Source of the DNA: Azolla caroliniana
Lineage: Eukaryota; Plantae; Polypodiophyta
Direction of reading: 5' to 3'
DNA length: 64,000 bases
Assembly (NCBI GenBank): GCA_043228905.1
Contig: JBHGNT010000020.1
Location: 12,028,001-12,092,000, forward strand
In this document: in pieces, positions 25,992 to 38,390 of the stretch
How the letters are laid out: each line of letters begins with the position of its first letter
How positions within the stretch are numbered: the first letter of the stretch is position 1
The notes under the pieces: model-generated
What the model was told of the DNA's origin: nothing
Databases searched by the model: none
What the model saw: only the letters and a program-made list of their open reading frames with translations
Made by a program: the position numbers and the translations under genes

Positions 25992-28900
25992 TCATTCTCC
26001 GCCCGTCGGTTCTTCCTCGGTTTCGGATCGCTCGTCGTCGCGGTCCAAGTCAACCGGATCCGGCTCGTCGTCGTGACGCTTCTTGAACGTCTTGATCCGC
26101 TTCCCAGCTACCGGTATCGCCATTCTCGTACCGTCGAGTTCCGCCAGATGGTACGTCCCGTTGTCGTTGGCGCTTTGTACCACGTAAGGCCCGAACCACC
26201 TTCTTGCGAACTTCCGTGTCGCTCGGTGCTGGTTGTCGAGGCTGCTGTCGTAAACTAGCACCCAGTCGCCTTCCTCGATCTTCTTCGGTCGGAGCCGGTG
26301 CGTCCGATCGAACCGGGCTTTGCTCCTCGTCCTGGCCACCCGAAGCTTTTCCGCAGCCTGCTCCACGTCCTCCGGTCTCTGCTCGAGTTGTCGTATGCGC
26401 GCCGTCAACAGTTCCTCCAGGCTCATCTCGTCTCTCCAGTTCACGGTTGCCCATGAGGAGACCGTACGTTCGATCGGCATGATCGGCTTCTGCCCAAACA
26501 TGAGCTCTGCCGGCATGAATCCGGTTACCGAACTGTGCGTAGTCCGGTCAGCCCACAACGCGTAAGGCAGTAGTCGCGGCCAGTTCCCAACTTGACCTCC
26601 GCATGCCTGAACTAACGCCTTGACGATCGGTCCGTGTCCGCGCTCCACCTTCCCATTTGCCTCTGGATTGTACGCAGTGGTAAGCGAGAGCTTGACCCCT
26701 AACCGGTCGAACAGCTCCTCGGCCTCTTCGGCGTCCAACTCCCCGCGATCAGCCACGATCTTCCCGACGCACCCGTACTGGCATATTACGTCCTCGAACA
26801 GGAACCGACATACGGCCGCAGTCGTTTTGTTCTGAAGGGCCCGGCCTTCCACCTGGTTCGTTAGATCTTCCCGAGCCAGGACTAGATACCGCATCTGTCC
26901 TACTCCTATCGGCATCGTTACCAGGTCTACCATCCATTTGAAGTGGATGGTCGGAGGGTACGTAGGGTGAAGTTCGTCCCGGTGTCGGACTATGGAGTGC
27001 ATCTGACAGCTCTCGCAAGTTGTCACGAATCGATGCACGTCCCCGTACAGTCCCGGCCACCAGTACTTCCCCTTTATCTTCTCGAACGTGGCCCAGGTTC
27101 CACGGTGTCCGGCCCAAGGGCTGTCGTGGTAGGCCATCAGCAGCTCCTCCTGTTCTTCCTTCATCGCCACCACCCGGAGCGGAGCGCCGTCCCTCTTCTT
27201 CGGGTGCTTCCATAAGTATCCGTCCCGGAGAAAGAATCGGTAAGCTTTCTTCCGGATCCGGTTGGCCTCGTCCTTCGTCCATGACGCATCCGGCGTCATT
27301 GTCCTCAAGATTCCACCGATCTGGAGCCACTCGCCGTCGTACTTGCTCTCGTCGAAGTCGTTAAGTGCCGGAGTGCTCATTCCATCGGCCGTTACGTATG
27401 CTGCCTCGAAGAAGTCCACGCTGACTTCTTCGTCCTCCGAAACCATGCCGCCCTCGTCATCAAACCTTGCCCTCGAAAGCATGTCGGCCATGGCGTTGTC
27501 CTTTCCGGAAATGTGTCGTATTTCCGGGTCCAGGGACTTGATGTACGCTATCCACCGGAGCATCGCCAGGTCCGGTGTCGCGCATCCGGAAACCATGCCG
27601 AGAATCGGCAGGCAGTCCGTCTCGATAACAACTTCTGTCCCGATCAGGTAATCTTTGTCGGCCTTTACTGCCGAAACGATACCCCAGAGTTCGCGTTTAA
27701 CCTGGGCGTACCCTCGCTGTCGTTCACTGAGGACCTTAGCGCCGAAGCGGATCGGGAACCGGGTGCCGTCCTCGTCTTCTTGGTTGACGACCCATCCGAT
27801 CCCGGTCGGGCTCGTATCCACCGTTATGTATACCGGGGTACCCTTCTCGTAGACAGCCTTCCGGAGCGCCGGTGCTGCCGTAGGAGCTTCCTTCAGCTTC
27901 CGGACCGACCCCGTGTGCTCGTATCGCCACTCGAATTTTCGCCCTTTCTTCAGCAACCCGTATAGCGGCTCCGCAATGTGGGCGTAATGCGGGATCCATA
28001 TGTGGTAGAATGCGCATGCCCCCAGGAACCTCCGAACTTCCGTAACCGAGCTACAGTCGGTCTTCATCGCGGAGATGGCTTCTACCTTTGCCGGAGACGG
28101 CTTCCGACCATAAGGTCCACATAGGTGTCCGACCACCAGGATTTCCGATTGCCCGAAGGCCGATTTCTCCCCGGAGAAGGTGAGCCTCGCATCCTCTAGC
28201 CTCTGTAGCACCTTCTCACAGTCGTCGATGTGTGTCGCCACGAATCGCCAGCATCCGTCCGGCCCGACTGTCTCGTCCTTCTCCTCCACCGGGCACCCTT
28301 TGATAGGGATGTCGTCTAGAAACGGCATGGTGATGTCCGGGATGCAATCCCTCAGTACCTTGTTCATTGCATTCACCATGTGGGCCACCGAGTTGGTCCC
28401 TCCCTGTGGCAGGGTACACATCCGCACTAGGCCGAGGGGAGTTCGCATCGTCGTAACATCTCTGCTCTCCATGGCTAGCTGGAATTGGTCGTACCCCGAG
28501 TACAGATCACCGACCGAGTAAATCGACCTTCCGGCGAAGGCCTCCGCGAACTCGTCTATGGTCGGTCCGATTCCTGCGTTCCGAATGGTCACTCTGTTGA
28601 CCGGCTGTAGGTCTTGAATGAAGCACAACATTCCGTTTTTCTTTGGTACGGTAAACCACCGGTTCGAGTATGGGGCACTCGACGGTTCGAGAATGCCCAT
28701 ATCGATTTTCAGCCTCAGTAGCTCCATCAACTCCGGGATGTGAGCTCTTGGTACCGGAATCGGCTTGAGATTCCACGGTACATGCGGTACAGTGAATATC
28801 ACCATCGGCTCCACGATCGTCAGGTCCACGCACCCGATCTCTTCCGGCGAGAATGCAAAGGCTTTCCCGTGCCTTCCGAGCATTCTCCGAAACCGGTCTT

Positions 28901-29351
28901 CCTCCGCCGGCAGTAGGAACCCGCCCCCACCGATTTTGAGCTCCCGGAGCGTTCTGTCGGTGAAGGTGTGTCCTATGCAGGCCGGATCTCGTAAACTGGG
29001 GTCCGACGCCACCCCTTTGATTCGGGACTCGCTGCCCTTCGGCAAGGGCGCCGCGACTGGCCTTACCTTCCGGTCCACAGTCTTGTACCTCGTGCTAACT
29101 CGGACCGTCCGATCCGACCCGAGCCCCCGACTGAAGTTCGCGATGACTTCGTACATCTCTTCGGAACATACCGGTATCGTCCGATCTTCGTTAAGGTCTT
29201 CTCCGGCTACCTTCCTTAGCATTCCCAAGGTGTCATCGAAGGAGACCGCCTCCACGGCTCCGCTGATTTCCTCGTCCGGGCCAAGAACTCCGCACGCTCG
29301 AAGTCGCACTTCCGCCCTTGTCTTTTCTCGGCCGACGGTGCCGACTATCAT
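25992..29351 (-). CDS. Pol ORF (RT, RNase H, integrase) of the Trp-primed gypsy element
   Basis: Open 1119-aa ORF with RYKTVDRKVRPV, PYSNRWFTVPKKNG, DLYSGYDQ, FLDDIPI, HDSPWAGH...CESCQ, DRGE and YNPEANGKVERGH. Confidence 0.93.
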   Translation of the reverse strand: MIVGTVGREKTRAEVRLRACGVLGPDEEISGAVEAVSFDDTLGMLRKVAGEDLNEDRTIPVCSEEMYEVIANFSRGLGSDRTVRVSTRYKTVDRKVRPVAAPLPKGSESRIKGVASDPSLRDPACIGHTFTDRTLRELKIGGGGFLLPAEEDRFRRMLGRHGKAFAFSPEEIGCVDLTIVEPMVIFTVPHVPWNLKPIPVPRAHIPELMELLRLKIDMGILEPSSAPYSNRWFTVPKKNGMLCFIQDLQPVNRVTIRNAGIGPTIDEFAEAFAGRSIYSVGDLYSGYDQFQLAMESRDVTTMRTPLGLVRMCTLPQGGTNSVAHMVNAMNKVLRDCIPDITMPFLDDIPIKGCPVEEKDETVGPDGCWRFVATHIDDCEKVLQRLEDARLTFSGEKSAFGQSEILVVGHLCGPYGRKPSPAKVEAISAMKTDCSSVTEVRRFLGACAFYHIWIPHYAHIAEPLYGLLKKGRKFEWRYEHTGSVRKLKEAPTAAPALRKAVYEKGTPVYITVDTSPTGIGWVVNQEDEDGTRFPIRFGAKVLSERQRGYAQVKRELWGIVSAVKADKDYLIGTEVVIETDCLPILGMVSGCATPDLAMLRWIAYIKSLDPEIRHISGKDNAMADMLSRARFDDEGGMVSEDEEVSVDFFEAAYVTADGMSTPALNDFDESKYDGEWLQIGGILRTMTPDASWTKDEANRIRKKAYRFFLRDGYLWKHPKKRDGAPLRVVAMKEEQEELLMAYHDSPWAGHRGTWATFEKIKGKYWWPGLYGDVHRFVTTCESCQMHSIVRHRDELHPTYPPTIHFKWMVDLVTMPIGVGQMRYLVLAREDLTNQVEGRALQNKTTAAVCRFLFEDVICQYGCVGKIVADRGELDAEEAEELFDRLGVKLSLTTAYNPEANGKVERGHGPIVKALVQACGGQVGNWPRLLPYALWADRTTHSSVTGFMPAELMFGQKPIMPIERTVSSWATVNWRDEMSLEELLTARIRQLEQRPEDVEQAAEKLRVARTRSKARFDRTHRLRPKKIEEGDWVLVYDSSLDNQHRATRKFARRWFGPYVVQSANDNGTYHLAELDGTRMAIPVAGKRIKTFKKRHDDEPDPVDLDRDDERSETEEEPTGGE

Positions 29352-29450
29352 ACACCCTCTATCATAAGCAAAATCCCCTACCTATCGTACAGTCGTGGGG
29401 TCTTTTCCGAGTGTCCGGGCTGTCTCAGCCCCACGCCTTGGCAGCCCTCT

Positions 29451-31577
29451 CTAAAAATCCTCCCGGCTCTCGCCACCGAGGGATTCGCGGTTTCTCTCGT
29501 GGTTCGGCCGCACCGTCAAAAATTGCACCGAATGGCGCCCGTCCTGGCTTTTGACCCTCGCGTAGGCCGAACCGTTGTCCAGCACCTTGGTCTCCATTCT
29601 CGCCACCGTGATGTATGGTTCCCCTAATATGACCGGATGCGAGGACGTCTCCTGTACGAAGAAGTGCTGGTCAATCTCGACGTCGCCGATCTTTACTCGC
29701 ACATTCGGGCAGGCCCCGTGCAGTTCCTCGGTGGCGCGCGTCGCCGCCCGTATCTTCCACCTGTGCTTGGTGTTGATCGGCCACTTTCCCTTCTTATAGA
29801 AGTCCATGGACATTAGGTTTATTTCCGAACCGTGGTCCACCAACGCCACCACCGGTTCCTGAACATCTCCGATCTTTACCGGGGTCTCCGTGGTCGCTCG
29901 GGCCCAGTGTGGCCTCGAATAGTGGCTCTCCGCCCACTCATCTTCCAGCGCCGAGTCGTCGATGTGCGTCGTCTGCACCTCCACCGGTCTTTCCGGTTCC
30001 GTCTCCGTCGACAGTCTCTTCCGTTTCACCAAGTCTACAATGGAGTCGTGGAACTCCTTCTTGGCGATCCCTAGCACCTCCCGTAATGACAGCTCCACTT
30101 TGCTGTCGAGGATCCGTTCTTCTAGGACCTTTCGTAGGTCCGTAGTCCTTTCTATTTCTGTCCCCAGTCGGTATCCGCCCTTCCTGGGGTTGTCTTGCGA
30201 GCTGGACCCGCCAGCATCGTTCCGTCGTTGCCCGAATCGGGTCTCGTACCGTTGTGAGGGCCCGGCCGCTCCGGCTTTACCCACTCGCTTGTCTTCTACC
30301 AGAGCCTCGTAGTTCCGGCAGGCGGCTTCTACGAAGCCCGTCTTCTCCTCGACCGGATCGCTCCACTCGGTTATTTCCCGGACCCGTCTCTCAACACGGT
30401 CCGTTTCGTCTTTCCTTGGCCGTGCACCGGCAAGACCTTCCAGCATTGCCGACCAGAATCCGTCTTTGCCTTCCTTTCGGGCCTCGCTGCCCCCGACCCG
30501 AATGCCGGCCGACGCCGAGTAGTGGATGGCCTCCACGTGTCGGGCCGCTGCCTCTTCCATCAGTCTCTTCATACCTCCTCGTCCGTCGTTTCGGTTTAGG
30601 GCCCTTCTGGTGTCGTCGGCGTGCACCCGGCCTTCCCACAGGTACACCACCCGGCTCCTCAACGCTTTTGCGAAATCGCCGCAGTCCTTCCGGATGTGGC
30701 CGACCTCGTCGCACCACATGCACCTGTTCCCTACTGTCGGCCATCGGTCACGAGCCGGTTCGCCGCCTTCCCTTCGAGTCTGGGCGATCTGGAGATCCTT
30801 TATCGCCCGCATCAACTCCTCCAGCGCTGCTCCTCCGGACGAGCCATTGACCATGCCGGTCGAAGCCGGACCGATTTCGAGCCATTCCCGGGTTTCTTCC
30901 CTTCGTACTTGCGGCGCCGGTTCAAGCCTCCTTGCTGTAACAGAGCCCACACCGGTCGCCCCGTTGTCAGCCCATTCTCGCTGTTTGTCGAAACGGCCAC
31001 AGACTCTCTTAACCGCAGCCCAGTCGGTTGTCAACCCGTCTTCGGTTTCCAGCAAGGAGCCGACTTGATCCCGGTCCCGCTCGTCCACCGACTTGACGAA
31101 CAGTAGGACCCGGCTCGTATCCAGGATAGTTCGGTCAAGCGCCGAAAGGCGCGCAAAGCGTTCTTCGAACTCCCGGAGGAGTGCCGACGCGTTTCTTCCT
31201 TTGCCGGGGGACTCCACCCATTCCATGAAGTCCCGTTTCGAAAGCCGGAGCGTGTCGTCCAGCCCATATTTCTCTAGGAGTCGGCCTTCGAACTCCTCCC
31301 AGGTACGGCTCTCCGCCCGTACCTCGAGCACCTCCGCATGGATGCTTGGCATCGCCACTCGAGGGAACCCGGCAAGACGCCTCTCTTCCGGAATGTCCCG
31401 CATCAGCATTTCCGCCCCGTAGGACGCCAAATACTTCGTAGCATCCTTTCCGCTGAAACGGCCGATCGTACCGACAACCGCCTCAATGGCTCTGTCGAAG
31501 GCGCCGGTGCCCTCGCGTGTGCTCAATATCCGATCCACGGCCGAAGCCATGGCCTCCGCAATATCCGACCCCCTCAT
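29451..31577 (-). CDS. Gag-protease ORF of the Trp-primed gypsy element
   Basis: Open ORF with first ATG at 31577, GRFSGKDATKYL, zinc knuckle CMWCDEVGHIRKDC and aspartic protease ALVDHGSEINLM. It ends EDF-TAG. Confidence 0.9.
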   Translation of the reverse strand: MRGSDIAEAMASAVDRILSTREGTGAFDRAIEAVVGTIGRFSGKDATKYLASYGAEMLMRDIPEERRLAGFPRVAMPSIHAEVLEVRAESRTWEEFEGRLLEKYGLDDTLRLSKRDFMEWVESPGKGRNASALLREFEERFARLSALDRTILDTSRVLLFVKSVDERDRDQVGSLLETEDGLTTDWAAVKRVCGRFDKQREWADNGATGVGSVTARRLEPAPQVRREETREWLEIGPASTGMVNGSSGGAALEELMRAIKDLQIAQTRREGGEPARDRWPTVGNRCMWCDEVGHIRKDCGDFAKALRSRVVYLWEGRVHADDTRRALNRNDGRGGMKRLMEEAAARHVEAIHYSASAGIRVGGSEARKEGKDGFWSAMLEGLAGARPRKDETDRVERRVREITEWSDPVEEKTGFVEAACRNYEALVEDKRVGKAGAAGPSQRYETRFGQRRNDAGGSSSQDNPRKGGYRLGTEIERTTDLRKVLEERILDSKVELSLREVLGIAKKEFHDSIVDLVKRKRLSTETEPERPVEVQTTHIDDSALEDEWAESHYSRPHWARATTETPVKIGDVQEPVVALVDHGSEINLMSMDFYKKGKWPINTKHRWKIRAATRATEELHGACPNVRVKIGDVEIDQHFFVQETSSHPVILGEPYITVARMETKVLDNGSAYARVKSQDGRHSVQFLTVRPNHERNRESLGGESREDF

Positions 31578-34500
31578 CTTCTGCTCTTCTGCCGCCTCTT
31601 TCACGTCGGGTTCACCAAATATGTCAAGGTATTCCTCGCGGATGCGTGGAATGAGGCGGAACCTCGGGGGTCCTATACCAAAGAGCGAGAGAGGAAGGGG
31701 AAGAACCCTCTACGTGCGAGCGTAGATTCACAGGGACACGGCCCTTCGACGCAAAGACGCGAGTGGGACAGCGACACAGAAAGACACGAAAGTATGTATG
31801 TATTGACAAGACAAACAACAAGAACACGAAGACAACAAACACGAAGTCGGTTACAACCGAACAGGCCGGCGAACAGATGCCGATACCTGCTCGTAAACGC
31901 ACAGAGGGGAAAGAGTAGGTCGGAGATGCTGCCGGAAGCACTCGGGCATTCCTCAGAGCAGCGCGAGCCTCCCGAAACCTGCACAGAAGGAAGCTATGGC
32001 GTTTGCAACCAGAAAGAGAGAGAGAGAGAGAGAGAAGCCTTCGCACGCAAACTGACAGCACTTCGTCCTCGACTCTCCGCGATGCCTCGCCCCTCCTCGT
32101 CTCCCTCCTTTTATAGGCAAGGAAGGAGCCGTTTCCCCTTTACTTCCTACCTACTGAATCTACCTAGGATCTCCTATGTACAACATAAGGCGCACGTGCA
32201 TGAAGAGTCGGTTCCTACGCTCCGGTACACCGATTCCGCTTGTGGACGGTTTTCTTCACGACAGCGCCCGGGACTAAGCAGTCGCATTTTGCTAGGAAAC
32301 GCAAGAAACCCAACGAATTCATGGATCGCGATTGTAAGCGACAACATCCTTTTTGCATAATCTGCAAAAAGAAGGGTCATACAAAAGAACAATGTCAAAA
32401 GCTCCAATGGAAAGAGCACGACAACAAAGCTAAATCTGTAGACCATAAATGTCAGATTCCTAATGTCCTTGAGGTCTATACACATCATTTAAGTAATTGT
32501 CAATGTTCTTTCCCTCACTATGTATTGTGACCCAATGATTTACTACGTGCAAACGGGTATGTCAATGGATCTCCCATACAATTTTTATTTGATTCGGGAA
32601 GCTCACACAATTTTGTGAATGATCGTTTGGTTCAGATATGGGGAATCCAACCCACCATAAGTGATCACACCTATAGGGTGCACTTGGCTGATGGAAGAGT
32701 ACAATACATCAATAGGGCGATTCATTCATTAGGAATTTCTATTGATACTTATGTAGAGGAAGTAGACTTCCATGGAATGAATCTTTGTACCACTGATGTA
32801 ATACTGGGTTATCCTTGGTTTTATAATAAAAACTCTTCTTTGTCTATTGATTGGGTTCGTCATTCCATTTCCTTTGTACTAAACGATTGTACTCATTTTA
32901 TTCAAAGTGTAAATAAACAATCCCTTTTGATTGTTTCCTGTCCATCAATATCTAAGTTGTCTTATTCTTCTTTATTTTATTGTGTACTTGATCCGAACAT
33001 TCACGTTTATAATATTGATAATGTCTCGGGTCAATTGACCTATTTTGAACAACAACAACCCGATAAAATCTTAAATGATTTTCATGATGTTTTTCCGAGT
33101 GAACTACCACATGGGTTACCTCCTAAACGTATCATAGACCATCATATAGATATTGTACTTGGCGTTGCACCAATAAGTATACCTCCTTATCACTTAAGTC
33201 GATCCGAAGAGGATGAGGTATATAAGCAACTCAAGGACTATTTACGAATGGGTTATATACGTTATAGTAAATCTCCATGGGGTGCACTTGTTCTCTTGGT
33301 AAAAAAGAAAGAGCGCACATGGCGTATGTGTATTAATTACCAACGCTTGAATAAAGTGACAATCAAGAATTCATATCCATTTCCTCGGGCTGACAATCCA
33401 ATTGACCGTCTCCAGGGAGCTTGGTATTTTACGAAACTTGATCTCCGTACGGGCTACCATCAAATTCGTATAAGTGAGGACAATGTTCCTAAAACGGCAT
33501 TTCATGCGCTATGGCCATTATGAGTTTTTGGTTATGCCTTTTGGTTTGACCAATGCTCCGGCCACATTTCAACAAGAAATGAATGACATTTTCCGAGAAC
33601 TTGGAAAATTTGTCATTTTTTTTTGGATGATATTCTAGTTTATAGTCGTACATTAGAAGAACATGCTAAACATGTCTGCTTTGTTTTACAAACATTGCGC
33701 GACAAGCAATTCTACGCGAAGATCTCAAAATGCGAGTTCTTCAAGAAATCAATTACTTATCTTGGACATCTCATAACCGAACGAGGAGTTGAAATTGATC
33801 CTTCTCACATCAAGAAAATCAAACTTTGGCCCACTCTTCAGAATATTCGAGAAGTTCGATCATTCCTTGGTTTTGTCGGGTTTTTGCTAAAATCCCTTTG
33901 TAATTACTCCTAGTTGACGACGTCGTTTACTGATATTCTAAAAGGTCAAACGCATAAGTCTACAAAAACTATTGTGTGGAATGCTACATTAGACCTTTAA
34001 GGAACTCAAGAACCTGGTGTGCAAGGCTCCTTCGCTTGTTTTACCTGATCCTTCAAAACCTTTTGAAGTTGAAACCGATGAAAACAATTATGCTATAGGT
34101 GCTATCTTATATCAAGATGGTAAACCAATAGCATTCGAGAGTAAAAAACTTGATTCTACTCAATGTCGGTATATGGTTCAAGAAAAGGAATTATTTGCAA
34201 TTATACATGCCTCAAAACATGGCGCCATTATCTTTATGGAAATCGTTTTGTGGTAACTATGGACCACGAGTCCTTGAAATATTTTTGTGACCAACAAGAC
34301 CTAAAAGGTCGTAAGGCACGATGGGTTGATCTCATCCACGACTTTGATTTTTCCATAGGATATCGTAAAGATTCCATGAACACTGTCGTTGATGCACTAA
34401 GTCGCATCCGTGAAGTTAATATGCTTAGCTTCACTGAAATAATATCAGATCTTTATTATCACCTTTGAGGAAAGTATCCTGATGACAGTTATTTTGCGAA

Positions 34501-37500
34501 ACATTGGGCAAGAGTTGAGTCTGGAACATACACCACCACATCCTTGAAGGAATCCTTCCACATTGCTAACAGTCTGCTCTACCGTAATGGGAAGGTTTGT
34601 GTTCCAGATTTGCCTGAGGTCAAAAAGAGAATTCTTTTTTAATGCCATGATGCACCCTCAACAGGGCGCCTTGGAATACATCGTACACTCGTTCTCATCT
34701 CCACTCAATTCTATTGGCCTAAGATGCATCCTGACATACATAACTATGTGACTAAATGTCATCAATGTCAGGTTAACAAAGTCGAGCGACTTAAAGCCGC
34801 AGGATTTTTACATCCCTTGGACATTCCCAATAATAAGTGGGAAAGTATATCCATGGATTTTATTGTTAGCCTTCCTCTCACCCAAAAAGGCCATGATGCC
34901 ATCTGGGTTGTGGTTGATAGACTAGCTAAAATGGCCAGATTTATTGCTACTAAAACCACGGTAACAACTCCTAAATTGGCTTACCAATTCGTTGACGAGT
35001 TATTTCGTTTTAATGGGTTATCGATGGATATCATGAGTGATCAAGATCCAAAGTTTACTAGTGACTTTTGGACGCAAGTCTTTAAGTGGTTAGAAACTAC
35101 GTTGAGCGTGAGCTCCACGGATCATCCTCAATCTGATGGACAAACAGAACGAATAAATCAAATTATTGAGGACATGCTTCAAGCATACGTTGGTGCAAAA
35201 CCAACAAAATGGGAACGTTATCTCCCAATTTTGGAGTTTTCTTATAACAGCTCCAAGCATGCGTCGACAGGATATAGTCCTTTTATGTTGATGTATGGTT
35301 TTCAACCACGAACCCCGATCGATGTTAATATACATCATGATGAGTTACGAAGTATGCAAAACTTTCTTCGGGATATGCAAGATATGTTGCATATTGCACG
35401 AGATAATATAAAAATAGCTCAAGATAGAGCACATTTTTGCGCCGATCATAATAGGCAACATCATGTATTCAACCCTGGACAGAAGGTATTTTTACGTGTA
35501 CCTCACAATTCTAAGACATTGTCTACGGGTAAGTGCGCTAAGTTAGCCCCATGGTTTTGTGGACCTTTTCAAGTCCTCAAACGCATTGGTTTATCAGCCT
35601 ATCGTCTCGCTCTTCCCGATGGCATTGAAATTCATCCAGTTTTTCATGTAAGTCGTCTAAAAGAACTTCTAGGTTCTAGTGACAATACAGTTACAACTGA
35701 AACTCTAGTTACTTCTGAAGAATTATCTTCTAAACCACATGTACCAGAAAGAATTCTCGATGTTAAAACAAAAAATCTACGTACTAAAATAATCCGAGAA
35801 TTTAAAATTAAATGGATGGATAAATCTATCAAAGATGCCACATGGGAACGCGAAAATACTCTTAGAACTAACTTCCCTAACTTTCCATTGCCAGAGTGCA
35901 ATGTTTTAAAGAAGGGGGAGCATGTTACGAGCATGACCATATAATATCTCGTGGTGACAATTTACCGTAGTATTCTATACACGTGGATAAGTGTGAGGGT
36001 TAAACGAGAGTGTAAAGAAGGGGATGATTACTTTTAATCCTTGGGATTGAGACAACCCATTAGGCCAAGTGTGAAATTGCTTGGGGGCCTTGGGTATCAC
36101 TATAAATATGAGGCCTAGATACCCTCATTTCATCATATCTTGACTACGTCGAGACTCTGTTTTGTGGTGGGTCAACTCTTGGAGTGAGCGCACCAGCACC
36201 AGGTACGACTCGACGCCACGACGGTGGTATGGGACGCCAATTGAGGCTCTAGTTCGTCTCGATCCCTTCGCTCGGGGGTGGTCGGGTGGATCAACACCCT
36301 TCTTTCTCTCTCTCCTTTCTATCTATCTATCTTTTATCCTTATCATATGTTTACTTTAGATCATAACTCTAACATAGAGGTTAAGCACCCTTAATCTAAA
36401 TATTTACTGCTCATCATTTGTATTTTGATTTGTAATACATTAACCTTAGGGTCTTTTGTATCCTTGTACTCTCCTCAAACACTACAAAGAAGAATAATGG
36501 CTAATGATGAGGATTTATGTTGTATAGCTAATTAGTTTGCAATTGAAATTGATGTATTATTACTTTAACAATGTTCGTATGAAATATGTATTCAAAGCTA
36601 GAGATCAATGTGTAAATCAAGAATTGAATTATCATTGTTGTGGCTCATCCACGAAACCCATTTATCTAGATGGCATTGCCTTATAGAGAGAGAAGCCAAA
36701 GAAGTCAAACATGATTGCTCACACATTCATAACAATATTACTGACTACAAAACATGAATGTATTGAGGTATTTTCGACCATTCATTTCATGTACCTATAA
36801 GTTTTCACTGTGATTTTAACTTGGACATGTGGTTATTTGCCATGGAATTACAACTAGAACTTCTTTTGCACAAGGGACATATTCTTATCTAAACAAACGA
36901 AACTTCTCCCATTCTTCCTCTTTTAAATATAAAGATTGTTTAATCAATCTAGGATTTCTGTAATAATGCTTTTAACTATATTTGAAAATACATAGTAGTT
37001 TAATTAAGATAATGAAAATTTTATCCCATTCATTGAGTTCCTAAAACTCAACACAATTAAATATTAGCGTTCTTACACTTGGAAATGATGAACGTTCATG
37101 GGTATTGTATCACATGCTACCATATAATAATAATAATAATAAGGCATTACATGGTAGTGCAGAATAAAAAACCTTATACCTTGATAACTTCCATCAAATT
37201 ATAAATTCTCCTAAACTGATGGCTTTACAAATTCATGTTGCCCGCAACCCAAGTGTGGATAGTGATAGCATTGCCTTATAAAGGCATTGGTTGCAATGGT
37301 CCACCTTTAGTTAGTTAATTATGCAAAGTGTTCTATAAATGTGTGTTGTGGTTCTGCAAAACGCATATGTCATCTTGCGGATGTGCTAAAATCTTGTTGA
37401 ACTTGGTGGAGTGTAAAATTTGAAGATCGTCCTTCTTGCATATACTCAAAAGGTGCTAACCCTTTCATTTAATAATAGTATCAGGCTTTTGCCATCCATG

Positions 37501-37799
37501 CCCAGTTTATTATATTGCATGAATATGCCAATTAACTTATTCCATTCAAGAAAAGTTACGCAAACATCATACCATAGTCAATGAACATAGTCTATGGAGA
37601 GTCAATATATCTCAACAAAGTTTATCATCATACCACAGTGTATGAAAAGGTAAGAAAATCTACAATGCATCATGACGTGTCAAATATATATACCTAACAG
37701 TCTCTGATCCACCCACTTTGCATTGACAACACGTGAGTGATGAGATTGGCGTGATAGTTTGATGCCAATTTTGCATCGACAATACGTGATTATGTCTTG

Positions 37800-38390
37800 G
37801 GAGAGGGAAGATAAATACCAGAGACATATTAGACCGATAGATACATAGATAGGAAGTACTAAAGTGGGCCCAAGATGAGCCATATGAATGCTCAATACAT
37901 ATTGAGATACCATGCCATACTAGGGAGGGTTAGATACCAAACAAAAACATACATATAGATAGTGGGGAGGGTTAGATACATAGATAGGAAGCATTAGAGA
38001 GGGCCCAATACGAGTCATATGAATACTAGATACATAGGGCGATATCATATAGATACTAGATATGTAGTGAGACACCAGATGCCATACTAGGGAGGGTTAG
38101 ATAACATAGATAGGAAGTAATAGAGAGGGCCCAACACGAGTCATATGAATACTAGATACATACATAGGGCGATACCATACAGATGCCGGATACGTAGTGA
38201 GAGACCAAATGCCATACATATAGTGGATATGTAGTTAGATACCAGATGCCATACATATAGTGGATAAGTAAGTGAGGTACCAGATGCGATACGGATAGCG
38301 GATATGATCATGACGTACCAGATGCCATACTAGGGAGGGTTAGATACCAAACAAAAACATACATATAGATAGATAGATGCATACCAGATG
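37800..38390. repeat. Complex degenerate minisatellite (AGATACCAGATGCCATAC / TAGGGAGGGTTAGATAC / ATACATAGATAGGAAG units) upstream of KING1
   Basis: Several recurring 20-130 bp blocks; for example GCCATACTAGGGAGGGTTAGATA occurs at about 37914, 38081 and 38324. Confidence 0.8.

Larger units (their letters stand above)
25281..32263 (-). mobile_element. Young full-length non-chromovirus Ty3/gypsy element (Phygy/Selgy or fungal-like lineage), tRNA-Trp primed, 4-bp TSD
   Basis: LTRs at 31622-32263 (5') and 25281-25918 (3') differ by about 6 substitutions plus a 4-bp GA indel. PBS TGGTGAACCCGACGTGA is on the minus strand at 31601-31617 and PPT GGTGGGGGCGGA at 25919-25930. TSD GCGC lies at 25277-25280 and 32264-32267. 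Confidence 0.95.
24549..35944 (+). pseudogene. Chromovirus gag-pol remnants: gag 24549-25280 and from 32264, then PR, RT, RH, INT and chromodomain
   Basis: Motifs include [60 protein letters not shown] and HPQSDGQTER. The chromodomain reads PERILDVKTKNLRTKIIREFKIKWMDKSIKDATWE. There are multiple stops and frameshifts. Confidence 0.92.
22304..36374 (+). mobile_element. Ty3/gypsy chromovirus LTR retrotransposon, decayed, interrupted in gag by a nested element
   Basis: 452-bp LTRs at 22304-22755 and 35923-36374 (about 28 mismatches by eye) with TSD TAGAG. PBS TGGTATCAGA lies at 22758 and PPT AAAGAAGGGGGAG at 35908-35920. Confidence 0.95.

Noticed and set aside
36480-37650. Possible decayed DNA transposase or other coding remnant
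   Set aside because: No continuous frame or convincing catalytic motif could be read by eye.
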